Shown here: in pieces, positions 36,001-37,076 of the stretch
Layout of the letters: the number at the start of each line of letters is the position of its first letter
Numbering within the stretch: the stretch's first letter is position 1
DNA from: Alphaproteobacteria bacterium
Lineage (GTDB): Bacteria; Pseudomonadota; Alphaproteobacteria; CBCXTS01
DNA length: 64,000 nucleotides
Direction: 5' to 3'
Assembly: GCA_965178085.1 (NCBI GenBank)
Contig: CBCXTS010000005.1
Coordinates: 27,811-91,810 of the forward strand
Position numbers and translations under genes: made by a program
The notes under the pieces: model-generated
The model's input: only the letters and a program-made list of their open reading frames with translations
The model's database searches: none
What the model was told of the DNA's origin: nothing

Positions 36001-37076
36001 AAAACGTCTTCTGGATTTTGTGTAAATTCATCCAAAGTTTTAGGAGCTTCAATACTTGGTCTTAAAGCTTGAACATTTTCAACAAAAGTTGTTTCACGTC
36101 TAGCAAACTCACTATCCAATGTAGGTATTGCACCAAATTGAGCAATATCTTCTATGCTACCTTCTGTGGTATCTTCTGTGGTGTCTTCTGTGGTGTTATT
36201 GCCATCACTTGGTAAAGGAAGACCTTCAGGAGCATCCGATACTGCCAGCAAATCAATAGAAGATTGGATACTATTAGGAACCGTTGCCAAGCCATCATCC
36301 AAATCGGATGTGGCGCTGTTAGGATCAAAGGCAATTAAAGAACCTGTATCTTCTATTTCATCTAATAATTCATCAATAAAAATAAAATTTCCATCGCCTA
36401 AAACAAGAATAGGCGATAAGGCTCTAATGCTTTCGATATCTTCAATATCAAAGATCAGTTCATTGCCATTGGCTAATAAAATTCTAAATTGAAATTGATC
36501 AAGGACAATAGAGCTCGCACTGGCTAAAAGCGCACGGATATCATTAGCGCTCAAATTAACGTCCAGCACCATCCCTGGCTCAAGCAAGATATTTTGTCTA
36601 TCTGTTTGAGACAAATCTCCGATAGCAAAAGCAAGTTCAGGTGATATATTAATTTGTTGGCGCAATCTTTGTAAAAAGCCTGGATCTGTACGACTTAACT
36701 TTATGGTCAAATCTCGAGCATCTTGCGTTTCGACAAGTCTACCTTCTATCGTTGTATTACTGCCAGCTTGCAAAATAGAATGATCTCTGCTCCCTTCATA
36801 ACGATGCTCAATAAACAACTCTTTCTCATCAAGGGGTGCATTAGACTCATTATCAATGTTTTTTGTAGTCGTTATAGAATCATCCCTAGTGTTGGCATGC
36901 TCAATGTTAGACGATACATCTGTTTCTGCTTGCGCTTCATTGCTGTTGCGGGTCAAGTAGTTTGGTTGAGGTTGTGCCACCTCATCAGTTGAAGAGTTTA
37001 AAACACCATCAGACAAAACCTCGCTAGAGGCGCTTGCGCTTCCAAGGTCTGTTGTTGTTTTATTATCTTCGGCCAT
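1..37076 (-). CDS. Giant tandem-repeat adhesin-like protein, 5' portion (N-terminus in window; >12,350 codons, no stop before window edge). Probable RTX-family type I secretion substrate: no Sec signal peptide, RTX nonapeptide motif, ~100 tandem 112-aa Ig-like domains.
   Basis: Hand translation of the reverse strand from ATG at 37074-37076 (in-frame TAA 18 nt upstream) stays open through all segments examined. N-terminus [24 protein letters not shown]... Repeat domains read ..[71 protein letters not shown].. The ORF track lists no long ORF here because the stop lies outside the window. Confidence 0.8.
   Translation of the reverse strand, partial: [12358 protein letters not shown]
4400..34020 (-). 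repeat. Coding tandem array of ~90-100 units of 336 bp (112 aa Ig-like domain), organised in 1680/1686-bp higher-order repeats
   Basis: Landmark motif tgcaagcctgataattgactggtt recurs at 6001, 6337 and 6673 (336-bp spacing). Track ORF pairs recur at 1680/1686-bp and multiples (8146/9832, 7004/8690/10376, 21961/25321/27001, 28393/30073/31753). Confidence 0.9.
28050..32410 (-). repeat. Near-identical (~2.6 copies) 1680-bp higher-order tandem repeat inside the giant gene
   Basis: 60-nt lines at 28261/29941/31621, 28321/30001/31681 and 28981/30661/32341 are identical. The 161-aa track ORFs at 28393, 30073 and 31753 are identical between copies 1 and 2, and copy 3 differs at 4 residues. Identity breaks at ~28,040 and ~32,410. 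Confidence 0.85.
35041..35160 (-). other. RTX-type Ca-binding nonapeptide (GGxGxDxUx) triple repeat within the N-terminal region of the giant protein
   Basis: Reverse-strand translation gives [37 protein letters not shown]. Confidence 0.6.

Noticed and set aside
1-37076. Possibility that the repeat locus is a mobile element or phage tail-fibre island
   Set aside because: No integrase, transposase, IS-like inverted repeats or phage genes are visible. The flanking gene (lspA-ileS) is core housekeeping, and the architecture (no signal peptide, RTX motif, Ig-like extenders) fits a chromosomal T1SS adhesin.
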